Positions 15,360-24,907 are shown, counted from the first letter of the stretch. The stretch: 64,000 nt of DNA from a virus (IMGVR_UViG_3300021400_001319:1-64000), one strand, 5' to 3'. Notes: a model not told the origin generated them from the letters alone. Numbers and translations are program-made.

Positions 15360-17501
15360 ATGGAATTTTATGATGAAGCAGAAATCAGGAAGTCTTTAGC
15401 AATCTTAAAGCCTAATGGTGAGATATTTGAAATTCGCATACTTGGGGTAGGCAAAAAGAATTATAGCGGATACTTCCGCGATGTAGACGTGATGTTGGAT
15501 GAGCTTAAAAAGATTGATTTAACTGGTGCTAATGTTTACTTTTCAGTCAACTCTGTTAATGAAGCTTGCTATGACAGACAGCAAAAAGACAAGCTGATGC
15601 AGTACTCAAAAGCCACTACCTCAGACAATGACATCTGTGCTTACGACTATATCATGATTGACTTGGATCCTCGTAGGCCTACAGACACTAGTTCAACAAA
15701 TGAGCAGGTTCAGATGGCGAAGGACCTTGGCAACAAAATATATCAGTTTTTAAAAAGCATAGGATTTGAACAACCTATATTTGGCTATAGCGGCAATGGT
15801 GTTCATTTATTATACCGAATAGCATTAAAGAACTGTGATGATAATAAGAACCTTATTAAAAGGGCTCTTGAAACATTGGCTCTGCTATTTGATACTGATG
15901 AGGTTCAGGTAGATACAACAACATTTAACCCATCGAGAATATGCAAACTCTATGGCACACTTGCTCAGAAAGGTTCAAGTACTAAGACAAGACCTCACAG
16001 AATGTCTTATATCCTTAATGGTCCAGGGCAGATTAACATTACTGACATAGAATATATCCGAAAGCTGGTCGGTTATTATCCGGTTGAACTTGAAAGACCT
16101 CAGAGGTACAACAACTACAATCCTAGAGATTTTGATCTTGAACAATGGATTGACAAATATCATCTGGGGTACAGAAAGACGTCCTTCAGTAACGGCACAA
16201 AATATATACTTGATTGTTGCCCATTTGACTCTAATCATAAGGGTAAGGATGCTGCTTTGTTTAAGATGAACAATGGTGCTTTAGGCTTTCATTGCTTTCA
16301 TAACTCCTGCTCAGATAAAACATGGCGTGATGTAAGACTTTTATTTGAGCCTGATGCATATGAACAGAGAGAACAGTATGAGCAGAAGATTAAATACCAA
16401 TCGTTTAACAGAGACAAGCCACCCGTTCAGCACATAGAAGAAAAAAATAATGAACCCATATTTGAAACTGCATTACAGATTTTACAGAAAAAAGAACCGC
16501 CTAAGACTTATATAAGAACAGGATTGCATTTGTTTGATCAGAAAACAGGCGGTCTTATTAAAGGGCAGGTAACACTGGTCTCCGGAGTCCGTGGTTCTGC
16601 AAAATCAACATGGCTTAATCAAGTATGTTTAAATGCTATAGATGCAGGGAACAGAACAGCAGTATTCTCGGGGGAGTTAAAAGATACACGGTACATGAAC
16701 TGGCTGTACCGTCAGGCTGCAGGAAAAGCTTATGTAAAATCAAACGCCAGATTTGAAAACTCTTATTATGTTGAGGAAAAAACTCAGCAAAAGATTGCTC
16801 AATGGCTAGGAGATAACTTTTATCTGTACAATAATAAATACGGTAATGATTTTAATGCCATGATAGAACAGTTTGAAAAGATAACTAAAGAAAAAAAGTT
16901 GGATCTTCTTATTCTAGATAACCTCATGGCTTTCAATATCAAAGCTTTATCAGAGAACAAGTTTGACGCACAGTCGGAGTTTATATTGACGCTTCATAGG
17001 ATGGCCGAAGAAAACAATATTCATATCATATTTGTGGCTCATCCACGTAAGTCGTTTGGTTTCCTCAGATTAGATGATGTAAGTGGCTCTGCAGATCTTG
17101 CCAATGCAGTTGATAACGCACTGATAGTTCATAGAAACAACAAGGACTTTCAAGCTAAGACTGCCCAGATGTTTGGTTGGAAACAGGACAATGAGATATA
17201 TCTTGCAACTAATGTCATAGAAATATGTAAGGAACGTGAAAACGGACTGCAGGATGTTTTCATTCCGTTGTTTTTTGAAACTGAAACAAAAAGACTTAAG
17301 AATGACTTCGCTGAAAACATTATATATGGATGGAATGTGGATTCCGATGGTTTTGTGAACTTATCACAAGAAGAAGCTACAGAAGTTGAGGAAGCCTTTG
17401 TAAATATTCAGGAAGAAACTCCATTTGACCTCATTGGAGACAAGGGACAACTTTCTTTGGATGACTTCCAAGCTATAGAGAAAACACCATTTGATGATTG
17501 A
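15360..17501 (+). CDS. primase-polymerase / DnaB-like helicase fusion
   Basis: N-terminal IDLD and SGNGVH (AEP motifs), CPF..H...CFHNSC Zn site, Walker A GVRGSAKS, LILDNL, FVAHPRK, SGS. Confidence 0.85.
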   Translation: MEFYDEAEIRKSLAILKPNGEIFEIRILGVGKKNYSGYFRDVDVMLDELKKIDLTGANVYFSVNSVNEACYDRQQKDKLMQYSKATTSDNDICAYDYIMIDLDPRRPTDTSSTNEQVQMAKDLGNKIYQFLKSIGFEQPIFGYSGNGVHLLYRIALKNCDDNKNLIKRALETLALLFDTDEVQVDTTTFNPSRICKLYGTLAQKGSSTKTRPHRMSYILNGPGQINITDIEYIRKLVGYYPVELERPQRYNNYNPRDFDLEQWIDKYHLGYRKTSFSNGTKYILDCCPFDSNHKGKDAALFKMNNGALGFHCFHNSCSDKTWRDVRLLFEPDAYEQREQYEQKIKYQSFNRDKPPVQHIEEKNNEPIFETALQILQKKEPPKTYIRTGLHLFDQKTGGLIKGQVTLVSGVRGSAKSTWLNQVCLNAIDAGNRTAVFSGELKDTRYMNWLYRQAAGKAYVKSNARFENSYYVEEKTQQKIAQWLGDNFYLYNNKYGNDFNAMIEQFEKITKEKKLDLLILDNLMAFNIKALSENKFDAQSEFILTLHRMAEENNIHIIFVAHPRKSFGFLRLDDVSGSADLANAVDNALIVHRNNKDFQAKTAQMFGWKQDNEIYLATNVIEICKERENGLQDVFIPLFFETETKRLKNDFAENIIYGWNVDSDGFVNLSQEEATEVEEAFVNIQEETPFDLIGDKGQLSLDDFQAIEKTPFDD

Positions 17502-17504
17502 TAC

Positions 17505-17533
17505 TTGCAATAATTAACAGTTAATGATACAAT
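17505..17533 (+). promoter_or_regulatory. promoter with TTAACAGTTAA palindrome in the spacer
   Basis: TTGCAA-17 bp-TACAAT with extended TG; palindrome at 17514-17524. Confidence 0.7.
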
Positions 17534-17540
17534 ATTCTAG

Positions 17541-17753
17541 ATGGGGGATTTCATGGACAATCCAGTAATACAAACTATTAAAGTCATTATCATAATTATT
17601 GCGGCCGCTATAGTAATAGGGACTATAGGTGCTTTAGCCTTATCCTACCACGTTTTGGTAGCCGGCGCAGTATGTTTCTTAATTGCGGGCATTTTGATTG
17701 GTACGCTCATAGGAGTATTTATTTCCAATATAGGAATAGAAGAGGAGCCATAA
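17541..17753 (+). CDS. small two-TM membrane protein
   Basis: hydrophobic 70-aa ORF; TAATG overlap with next gene. Confidence 0.6.
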   Translation: MGDFMDNPVIQTIKVIIIIIAAAIVIGTIGALALSYHVLVAGAVCFLIAGILIGTLIGVFISNIGIEEEP

Positions 17754-18835
17754 TGATTTATTTTGATCAGGCAGCAACAACTAAGCTTCATCCAAGAGTA
17801 TCTGAGTTCATGAAAGAGCATTTAGATTATGATTGGATGAATCCAAGCAGTATGTATGCAGCAGACAAGAAAAAAGATATAGATGATTGCAGAATGAAAA
17901 TACTAGGCATGATTGGAGCAGACCTTGATGATTATCTGATATTTACTTCAGGTGGGTCGGAGTCCAACTCATTGATGATCCACACTGCAGAACGTCTTAT
18001 TACCACTGCAATTGAGCATGACTCAATACTTAACTGTACCAAGCGTCACACATTGCCAGTAGATTCTTATGGCATGATTGATGTGGATAAGCTTTCTATT
18101 TACAAGGGGGCAATAAGAAACCCTCAGACAATAGTTTCTGTACAGTATGGTAATAATGAAATAGGCACGATACAAGACATAAGCGCTATACGTAATGCCT
18201 GCCCTGACTGCTTGTTACATGTCGATGCAGTTCAGGCAGTAGGACACGTCCCTTTTAGCGTAAAAAAGCTAGGTATAGATATGCTATCAGCTTCTGCACA
18301 TAAGTTTGGTGGGCCTAAAGGTGTTGGCTTCCTTTATGTATCCAAAAGAGCATACCCCTTTATTACCCCTGTAATATATGGGACACAGGAGCAGGGATTA
18401 AGAGGTTCTACCTATAACTACATTGGGATAATGGCTATGACTTATGCATTAGAACTTGCATTTGATGCGATGATGGACAATCTCCTTCAGACATGCAGAG
18501 TTAGAATGGCTGTTTATGACAGTATGCTCAAGATACCGTGCGCTCACCTTAATGGGCCAATAGACTTTAAGCAACGTTTACCAGGGAATCTGAATTACAG
18601 ATTTGATGGTTACAGAGGGGAAGAACTACAAGCATTTCTTATGCAGCATGATATATTGGTTTCCACTGGCTCTGCCTGCAACACAGGAAACACAAGTCAT
18701 GTTCTTACTGCTATAGGTCTTAGTGAGGAAGAAGCGGACAGTTCTCTCAGATTTACTTACAATGAGACGAACACGGTGAGCGAAGCACTAATACTATTTA
18801 AAACTATTCAGCAGGGATTGGAGCTTTTGAAGTGA
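17753..18835 (+). CDS. iscS: cysteine desulfurase (IscS/NifS type)
   Basis: YFDQAATT, NPSS, FTSGGSESN, HVDAVQ, SAHKFGGPKG (PLP Lys), STGSAC (catalytic Cys); start at ATG 17753 after GAGGAG. Confidence 0.92.
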   Translation: MIYFDQAATTKLHPRVSEFMKEHLDYDWMNPSSMYAADKKKDIDDCRMKILGMIGADLDDYLIFTSGGSESNSLMIHTAERLITTAIEHDSILNCTKRHTLPVDSYGMIDVDKLSIYKGAIRNPQTIVSVQYGNNEIGTIQDISAIRNACPDCLLHVDAVQAVGHVPFSVKKLGIDMLSASAHKFGGPKGVGFLYVSKRAYPFITPVIYGTQEQGLRGSTYNYIGIMAMTYALELAFDAMMDNLLQTCRVRMAVYDSMLKIPCAHLNGPIDFKQRLPGNLNYRFDGYRGEELQAFLMQHDILVSTGSACNTGNTSHVLTAIGLSEEEADSSLRFTYNETNTVSEALILFKTIQQGLELLK

Positions 18836-19257
18836 AAAGAGTGATAAAAAAGACTGACGAGGAGTTTGCGATACTTCAAGAGTTTTGGAAGATACTCCAA
18901 AATTTCTATGAACCGGAAGATACTGATGAGTATTGGAGCAAGCTCCTTGATACAACTATTAAGTTTGAACGTGATCATCCAAACAACCTTTTGTGTGAAC
19001 AGCTGATATTGATGATACTGAACTATCTTGAAACTAAATTCAAAAAGGACAGAACATCATCTTACGCAAAGCTGCTTACAATTGTCAGATGGGCATACAA
19101 AGACTTTGTTGCCGTCGCAAACGAAGAGGATAAAAAAATACTTAATGAAGTTCTTGATAGCAATGAGGGTGCCACAGAACAGAAGATTATTTTGAAAGCA
19201 CGGCAGCTTCATCAGCAGGATTCCATGGAACAGTTAAGTATGTTTTTGAAAGGATAA
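18832..19257 (+). CDS. hypothetical protein
   Basis: ORF track; GTGA overlap. Confidence 0.65.
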   Translation: MKRVIKKTDEEFAILQEFWKILQNFYEPEDTDEYWSKLLDTTIKFERDHPNNLLCEQLILMILNYLETKFKKDRTSSYAKLLTIVRWAYKDFVAVANEEDKKILNEVLDSNEGATEQKIILKARQLHQQDSMEQLSMFLKG

Positions 19258-19259
19258 TA

Positions 19260-19766
19260 ATGTACGGGAAGAGAATAGAAGAGAAGAGGAAAATGCTGGG
19301 GCTTACCAGAAAGCAATTGGCAACAAGGGTAAACACAGTCCCGCTTAACATAAGGTTGTGGGAAGAGGAAAAGATTGAGCCAACTATAGCAGACCTTATT
19401 ATATTGGCTGCCGAGTTCAACACAACAATCGATTGGTTGGTAGGGGTAACAGAAGAGGATTCTGAAATAGACTATGTCTGTGAAGACTGCGATGAGTTTA
19501 TTGATTGTAAGATAACGCCTCACTTGGAATGTTACATGAATAAACATAAAGATGAGGATCCAGCATATATACATATCCAAGTTGCCATTGATGGAGACGA
19601 TGATGATTGCTTTTTGTACGCAGGGAATGCGAGTGCACTTTTTTCATGTGTAAACATATTGCTGAATAGCCTATCAGATGAATGCTCTATGAATTACTAT
19701 GATATATTAGCAATGTTGGCTTCAGCACATGCTGGTTCTGAGTTAGGGGAGTTGTTTGGGGAATGA
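19260..19766 (+). CDS. XRE-family HTH regulator with acidic C-terminal domain
   Basis: RK.LGLTRKQLA...WE....EP...L..LA..F..TIDWLVG. Confidence 0.8.
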   Translation: MYGKRIEEKRKMLGLTRKQLATRVNTVPLNIRLWEEEKIEPTIADLIILAAEFNTTIDWLVGVTEEDSEIDYVCEDCDEFIDCKITPHLECYMNKHKDEDPAYIHIQVAIDGDDDDCFLYAGNASALFSCVNILLNSLSDECSMNYYDILAMLASAHAGSELGELFGE

Positions 19767-20350
19767 AGAGAATAATATCAATCACATGTGCCTACTTATT
19801 ATTGGCTTTTGAAATCTGTGCTGCGTGTGAAGAACCTATCGAAGAAGCCGTTGGGGAAGAGGTACAGATAAAGGCAGGGTTTACTCAGTTTATATCAGAT
19901 ATAGTCCCCACACAGGATAATACAGAGGATTCTAAAAGAACAGCGTCTAAACTAGAAATAATTAACAATATGTATTGTGAAAACAAAGATGTTTCTGTAC
20001 CGATACAATCCGACATTGATCTATTGGCATCAATTATACGTGCTGAAGCAGGCAACCAATCATTAGCAGGGAAGAGAGCTGTAGCAGATGTTGTGTTAAA
20101 CCGAGTTGATAGCGACCAATTCCCGGACACTATCAAGGAAGTTATTTACCAAGAAGGACAGTTTAATTGCGTAACCGATGGCAATTTTGCCACAGCCATT
20201 TATACCAAAGATGAAACTGATTATGAGGCTGCAAGGATAGAATTATCAAACAGAACAGATACAGAGATATTGTATTTCCAAACAAACAGCTATAGCGCTT
20301 ATGGGACACCAGCGTATGTAATTGGAGATCACTATTTTGCAAAGCAGTAA
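19763..20350 (+). CDS. cell wall hydrolase, SleB/Hydrolase_2 family, with signal peptide
   Basis: LLASIIRAEAGNQ...AVADVVLNRV....FPDTIKEVIYQEGQF...IGDHYF. Confidence 0.88.
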   Translation: MKRIISITCAYLLLAFEICAACEEPIEEAVGEEVQIKAGFTQFISDIVPTQDNTEDSKRTASKLEIINNMYCENKDVSVPIQSDIDLLASIIRAEAGNQSLAGKRAVADVVLNRVDSDQFPDTIKEVIYQEGQFNCVTDGNFATAIYTKDETDYEAARIELSNRTDTEILYFQTNSYSAYGTPAYVIGDHYFAKQ

Positions 20351-20360
20351 AGGAGTTTTT

Positions 20361-20591
20361 ATGGCAGTAACAAGGATGAAAAGAATCAAAGCAATAATTG
20401 ATAGCGGTATTTACACAAAAGATCATGGACATATCGCAATCACCAAAAAAGAGGCTGAAGAGATAAAAGCCTTATGTGAAAAAGAAATCAGCGTTCAGGA
20501 CAGACGTGAGTATCACAAGTCTTATTATCTCAAAAATCCAGACAAATACAATCAGAAGGGGAAGAATAATGCAGAAGATAGCAAAATTTAA
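20361..20591 (+). CDS. hypothetical protein
   Basis: ORF track re-started at ATG 20361 after AAGGAG. Confidence 0.6.
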   Translation: MAVTRMKRIKAIIDSGIYTKDHGHIAITKKEAEEIKALCEKEISVQDRREYHKSYYLKNPDKYNQKGKNNAEDSKI

Positions 20592-21075
20592 GAAGGTATC
20601 TTTTGAACAGTTTTCAAAAGATTCAAAAAAATTACTTTTTGATTATTCAGAAGAGAAGCTGGCTCATATATATGCCGGGATAAAGCTGCCGTTAAGAGCT
20701 ACAAGTGGGTCAGCAGGGTATGATTTTTACACACCTTACGAAGTAAATCTCCATCCTCATGATAAAGTTATTATCCCATCTGGCATACGCTGTGAAATTG
20801 AAGAAGGTTACATGATGCTTGGAGTAGTAAGAAGTTCAATGGGCATTAAGAACGACATCAATCTGAGTAATACATGCATGGTACTGGATAGCGATTATTA
20901 CTTTGCAGACAATGAGGGACACATAATGATTGCATTAAGGAATATGAGAAACTACTCAGTACACTTCTCAGCTGGCGAGAGAATCATGCAGGGAGTATTT
21001 CTTCCTTATTGCATCACAATAGACGACAAAGCAGAGAATAAACGAACAGGCGGTATTGGCAGCACTAATGTCTGA
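20569..21075 (+). CDS. dut: dUTPase (trimeric)
   Basis: SAGYDF, RSS.G, DSDYY, G.RIMQG, RTGGIGST. Confidence 0.92.
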   Translation: MQKIAKFKKVSFEQFSKDSKKLLFDYSEEKLAHIYAGIKLPLRATSGSAGYDFYTPYEVNLHPHDKVIIPSGIRCEIEEGYMMLGVVRSSMGIKNDINLSNTCMVLDSDYYFADNEGHIMIALRNMRNYSVHFSAGERIMQGVFLPYCITIDDKAENKRTGGIGSTNV

Positions 21076-21253
21076 ACTGCAAAGAATTTTGGTAAAGATA
21101 ATAGAAAGTAAACAGAAGGGAGAAAACCGGCTATATCTTACTTGGGGAATAGCTTATGAGACTCTGATAGAGTTAATAAACATGGGCTATCTTGTTTTGT
21201 GGGTATACAAGAACAGTGGAATTTACACGATAGTCGGGTGGGAAAATGATTGA
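21068..21253 (+). CDS. hypothetical protein
   Basis: ORF track. Confidence 0.5.
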   Translation: MSELQRILVKIIESKQKGENRLYLTWGIAYETLIELINMGYLVLWVYKNSGIYTIVGWEND

Positions 21254-21411
21254 GTTTTTGAGATTTATATTTAGCGACCCTATGTATTTTTTTGGTTCAT
21301 TGGCAATCATATCGATAATTGTATGGGGAATTAGCAATTTCACATTAGTAAGAATCAATATATCAAACTACCACCTGCGTTCCGAAGATTCTGTGGATAC
21401 TGAGGTGGACG

Positions 21412-21624
21412 ATGAGGAATTGTAAAGATTGTGTGTTTTGCCAAACAGACTTAATTACAGATTATATTAAGGAAATTGATTTGTACAAATGTGACCTGGA
21501 CAACGATGTGATATTTGATCCTCGTCACGAAGGTGAGAACTGTACTTGGTTTAAAGAAAGAAAGCATGAACGTAGAACTTTACTTACGAAAATCCAAGAC
21601 TGGTTACACATAAGGAATAATTGA
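21412..21624 (+). CDS. hypothetical Cys-rich protein
   Basis: ORF track, GAGGTGG RBS. Confidence 0.55.
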   Translation: MRNCKDCVFCQTDLITDYIKEIDLYKCDLDNDVIFDPRHEGENCTWFKERKHERRTLLTKIQDWLHIRNN

Positions 21625-21724
21625 GTGTCAAAGCTCATTATTCTATTCGTCTCCTTAAGAGACGTTCATTGATTCAAGGCATGCTGGTACTCCTATACCA
21701 GTGTGCCTGTCCTTTAGGTAATCT

Positions 21725-23035
21725 ATGGAAAAAGAAAAACTATCAAAGCTGTTTGCTTTCTATCTTAATAATGGTATCATTGACCTGGACAGCCTTGCGG
21801 AGAATAGCAAGGAGGAATCAATGAACAATATTTTGGGCAAGGTGCACAAGTATAAGATATATGTGCATTCAGATGGAAGGTATGTAACATACGTTCCAGA
21901 TCCAACCAAAAAAGATGGAAGGAGACAGATAAGAAAAAAAACAATAGATGAACTCAATGAATTCTTGCTTGAGTTCTATACAACAGAGGTAAAAGCTAAA
22001 GAAAAAACATTCGATGAACTTTACAAAGAATGGGTTGATTACAAGAAAAGCTTCTGTGCAGTTAAAAATGTGCATAAAGGAATATCACCGTCAACTATTA
22101 GACGATATCAAAGAGACTTTGATAATTATCTAAAGGATAGCAAATTATCCGGAATGCCAATATCTGCAGTTACTGCTGTTAAGCTTGAAACAATATTAGG
22201 AGATATTGTGGAGAGTAACAACATGATTGAAAGTTGTGCAAGTAATGTAGTTGGATACATTAGGCAAACTTTTGCTTATGCAAGAAGATCAGGACTTCTA
22301 AAGGAAAATCCATGTGAGTACATGGATAGAAAACTGGTGCTATCGAAATGTTCTCTTAAGCCGAAGAAGGATGATAGTGATAGAGTTCTTACTATAGCAG
22401 AAATGAATTCTCTAAGGCAATCTGTACGAGAACATGAGAAGAAATATCCTGACTACATGCCTAACTATGCTATAGAACTTGCTATGATGACCGGAATGAG
22501 AGTAGGAGAAATAGCTGCTCTAAGATGGATGTCTATTGATGATGGGTATATTCACATTGATGAGTCGGAACATAGGTTAGATTACGAAGACAAACCAAGT
22601 GAACTTATCATTGGAGAACCAAAGAACCAAAAACACAGAATGGTTCCATTGACTGACGATATGAGAAATCTATTTCTTAGAATCAGAAGTCTTGGACATG
22701 AACATCCTGAAGGTTTTGTTTTTGTCAGAGAAACAGGTGAACGCTGTACTGGCCATGATATTGGCTGTGCTATAGACAGAAGAGCTTCAGAGGCAATGAT
22801 CAAAAAGACATCTATACATGGGATAAGAAGAACAGTCTCATCCATTCTCAGAACAAAACTTCCGGCTAGGACTGTAGCCAACATGTTAGGTCATCTTGAA
22901 TCAACCAATGAACGACATTATAATTATGACTTCTATGAGGACGGAGCAAAGATCGAGGCATTATCATCGATTTCTCAAATGTCCTCAAATGTCCTCAATT
23001 TTTCTCAAAACAAAAAAATAGCGGAAGCCAGATAA
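21725..23035 (+). CDS. int: phage integrase (tyrosine recombinase)
   Basis: TGMRVGEIAAL (R), PKN (K), HGIRR (HxxR), MLGH and YNY (Y). Confidence 0.93.
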   Translation: MEKEKLSKLFAFYLNNGIIDLDSLAENSKEESMNNILGKVHKYKIYVHSDGRYVTYVPDPTKKDGRRQIRKKTIDELNEFLLEFYTTEVKAKEKTFDELYKEWVDYKKSFCAVKNVHKGISPSTIRRYQRDFDNYLKDSKLSGMPISAVTAVKLETILGDIVESNNMIESCASNVVGYIRQTFAYARRSGLLKENPCEYMDRKLVLSKCSLKPKKDDSDRVLTIAEMNSLRQSVREHEKKYPDYMPNYAIELAMMTGMRVGEIAALRWMSIDDGYIHIDESEHRLDYEDKPSELIIGEPKNQKHRMVPLTDDMRNLFLRIRSLGHEHPEGFVFVRETGERCTGHDIGCAIDRRASEAMIKKTSIHGIRRTVSSILRTKLPARTVANMLGHLESTNERHYNYDFYEDGAKIEALSSISQMSSNVLNFSQNKKIAEAR

Positions 23036-23150
23036 ATACTGAGCTTCCGTTACTTTATAGGCGTAGCGAGGGGGGGACTTGAACAAATTATAACGTTGTA
23101 AACCGCGTATACAATACCCTCCGTGGGGCTGTCCTCAAAAAAGTCCTCAA
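22980..23150. other. putative attP: tRNA 3'-end core with GTCCTCAA arm-type repeats
   Basis: minus strand 23084-23062 reads GTTCAAGTCCCCCCCTCGCTAC (T-loop plus acceptor 3' strand); GTCCTCAA at 22981, 22991, 23131 and 23143. Confidence 0.75.
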
Positions 23151-23187
23151 AAAAAAATAGGAACCACCCTAAGGCAGTTCCTATCCA

Positions 23188-24078
23188 TCATAAAATCCCA
23201 ATCAAAGAGTACCATGTCGCATCATCACAAATACCTGTCTGCTTAATTCCTTTGTATCCCTGGTAGCGCTTTAAGGCGGAAAGAGTAACTGGACCAAATT
23301 TGCCATCGACAGACAAGCTCTTTCTAACTTCCTTTCCACCAACCATGACAATAGCTGTCTTGAAACGGTTAAGTAAAAGCAGTTCCTGAAGTTTCTTTAC
23401 GGAAGGACCACTGTCACCATATTTCAGCGTTGGCATTTGCCCAGCACTACTAGCATAAGATCCTCTCTCAACCCTTACATACCACTCATTAACGTCTACG
23501 TTCCCGTTTATCCCATTTACTTTGCAAGTAGAAGAGTACTGCCATCCGTATAATTGATTATTGATAGCAGGCTTTTTAAGAATGTTCACAGGTGTTTTTA
23601 AGGTGATAGAGGTCTTTGAAGGATACCTTGCAATCCAGAACGGAACGTCAACAAGATAGGAAGAATACTTTTTCAAGTACGTATTATAAAAAGACAGTCC
23701 GGTGTATATACCAAACTGTCTTCCGCTTTCGGTGATTATTTTCTTGTAGGCTTGGATTATCTCAAAGAGCCTGTTTCCTAATTCTTTTTGGCAGTCATCT
23801 TCGATGTCTAACCACACCATAGGTTTTCTATCGCCAAGAATTTCTAACACCCTTCTTGCATCTATCTTGGCTTTTTCCACAGTAGTGGAGTACGAATAAT
23901 TGTACACCCCCTGCACAATCAAGCCCACTCTTTCACATTCTTTATAGTTCTGTTCAAACATTTTGTCAGGGTTAAGGTCTTTCCTTATGACTTTCAGGAT
24001 GGCAAACTCCACGCCGGCTGCTCTGACTTCATCCCAATTTATCTTCCCCTGATAACTCGAAACGTCTATTCCTTTCAT
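23188..24078 (-). CDS. endolysin, GH25 lysozyme with peptidoglycan-binding domain
   Basis: KGIDVSSYQG, WLDIED, WIARY, WQYSS; C-terminal DG.FGP.T..A...YQ. Confidence 0.92.
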   Translation of the reverse strand: MKGIDVSSYQGKINWDEVRAAGVEFAILKVIRKDLNPDKMFEQNYKECERVGLIVQGVYNYSYSTTVEKAKIDARRVLEILGDRKPMVWLDIEDDCQKELGNRLFEIIQAYKKIITESGRQFGIYTGLSFYNTYLKKYSSYLVDVPFWIARYPSKTSITLKTPVNILKKPAINNQLYGWQYSSTCKVNGINGNVDVNEWYVRVERGSYASSAGQMPTLKYGDSGPSVKKLQELLLLNRFKTAIVMVGGKEVRKSLSVDGKFGPVTLSALKRYQGYKGIKQTGICDDATWYSLIGIL

Positions 24079-24090
24079 TCTTTAATCCCC

Positions 24091-24825
24091 CTATTTCTTT
24101 AATGCATCTCTTGTCTTTGCACCTACCAGGCCATCAGCAACAAGGCCGTTAGATTTCTGAAATGTTATGATCGCATTATGTGACTTTGGTCCGATGTCAC
24201 CGTCAACTTCATTCCAACCTAAATACCCTTTGCGTGCCAAATGCCACTGTACCCATTTTGCAATACTTCCCTTGGAGCCTTTCTTTATCAGTGTCACGGG
24301 TTCTTTATGTGGGTTTGTCACGTTTGTAACCATAACTGTGTGCGATCCTGGCTTAACTAGTACATCACCACGTTTTAGAAACATATCCGTCTTGAGATAC
24401 TTTGCATCTGTCAGTACTTCAAAATTCCCCGTATTAAGGAAGACTTTAACCATTGTCGAAGTGGTGGGAGCGTTAGAAGTGTAGTTAAGCTGAGACACCC
24501 CTGCTGCAATATAGCAAGCGGTAACAAAAGCAGAGCAGTCAGTTTCACATGAAGCTATGGCATCCACGTTGAAATTATGCTTTCTGAGCTCGTTATAGAG
24601 AGAATTCCTTTGGCTCTGGTCATAACCCACCTTGTTTGAATTAGCAAGCGATAAGGCAACCTGAACAGCATTTTCGGCTATTTTAGAATCCTTTGGCCTT
24701 AACACATACGACCAAGGCTTTGAATACCATCCTCTTGTGCAGACTTCTTTACCGGTTTGATCACCTGCGGTTCCACCTTTTATTCTTTTGTTTTCATCGA
24801 TTGATGCATGAATTATTGTACTCAT
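24091..24825 (-). CDS. NlpC/P60-like (CHAP-type) peptidoglycan hydrolase with PG-binding domain
   Basis: GYDQSQR, ETDCSAFV (Cys), GSHT (His), DG..G.KT; start MSTIIH after AAGGAG. Confidence 0.85.
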   Translation of the reverse strand: MSTIIHASIDENKRIKGGTAGDQTGKEVCTRGWYSKPWSYVLRPKDSKIAENAVQVALSLANSNKVGYDQSQRNSLYNELRKHNFNVDAIASCETDCSAFVTACYIAAGVSQLNYTSNAPTTSTMVKVFLNTGNFEVLTDAKYLKTDMFLKRGDVLVKPGSHTVMVTNVTNPHKEPVTLIKKGSKGSIAKWVQWHLARKGYLGWNEVDGDIGPKSHNAIITFQKSNGLVADGLVGAKTRDALKK

Positions 24826-24907
24826 AGCTTTCTCCTTTCTCGGAGGATATCTATACACAAAAGTGACAGGACAACTAAGCCCTGCCACTTTAAAAACCGC
24901 TTCTGAA

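Noticed and set aside
7615-18835. Dnd DNA phosphorothioation system (DndB-like plus IscS-like genes)
   Set aside because: The genes are ~9 kb apart, no DndC/D/E or Ssp homologs were seen, and the DndB-like gene is better explained as YopQ/SroE-like.
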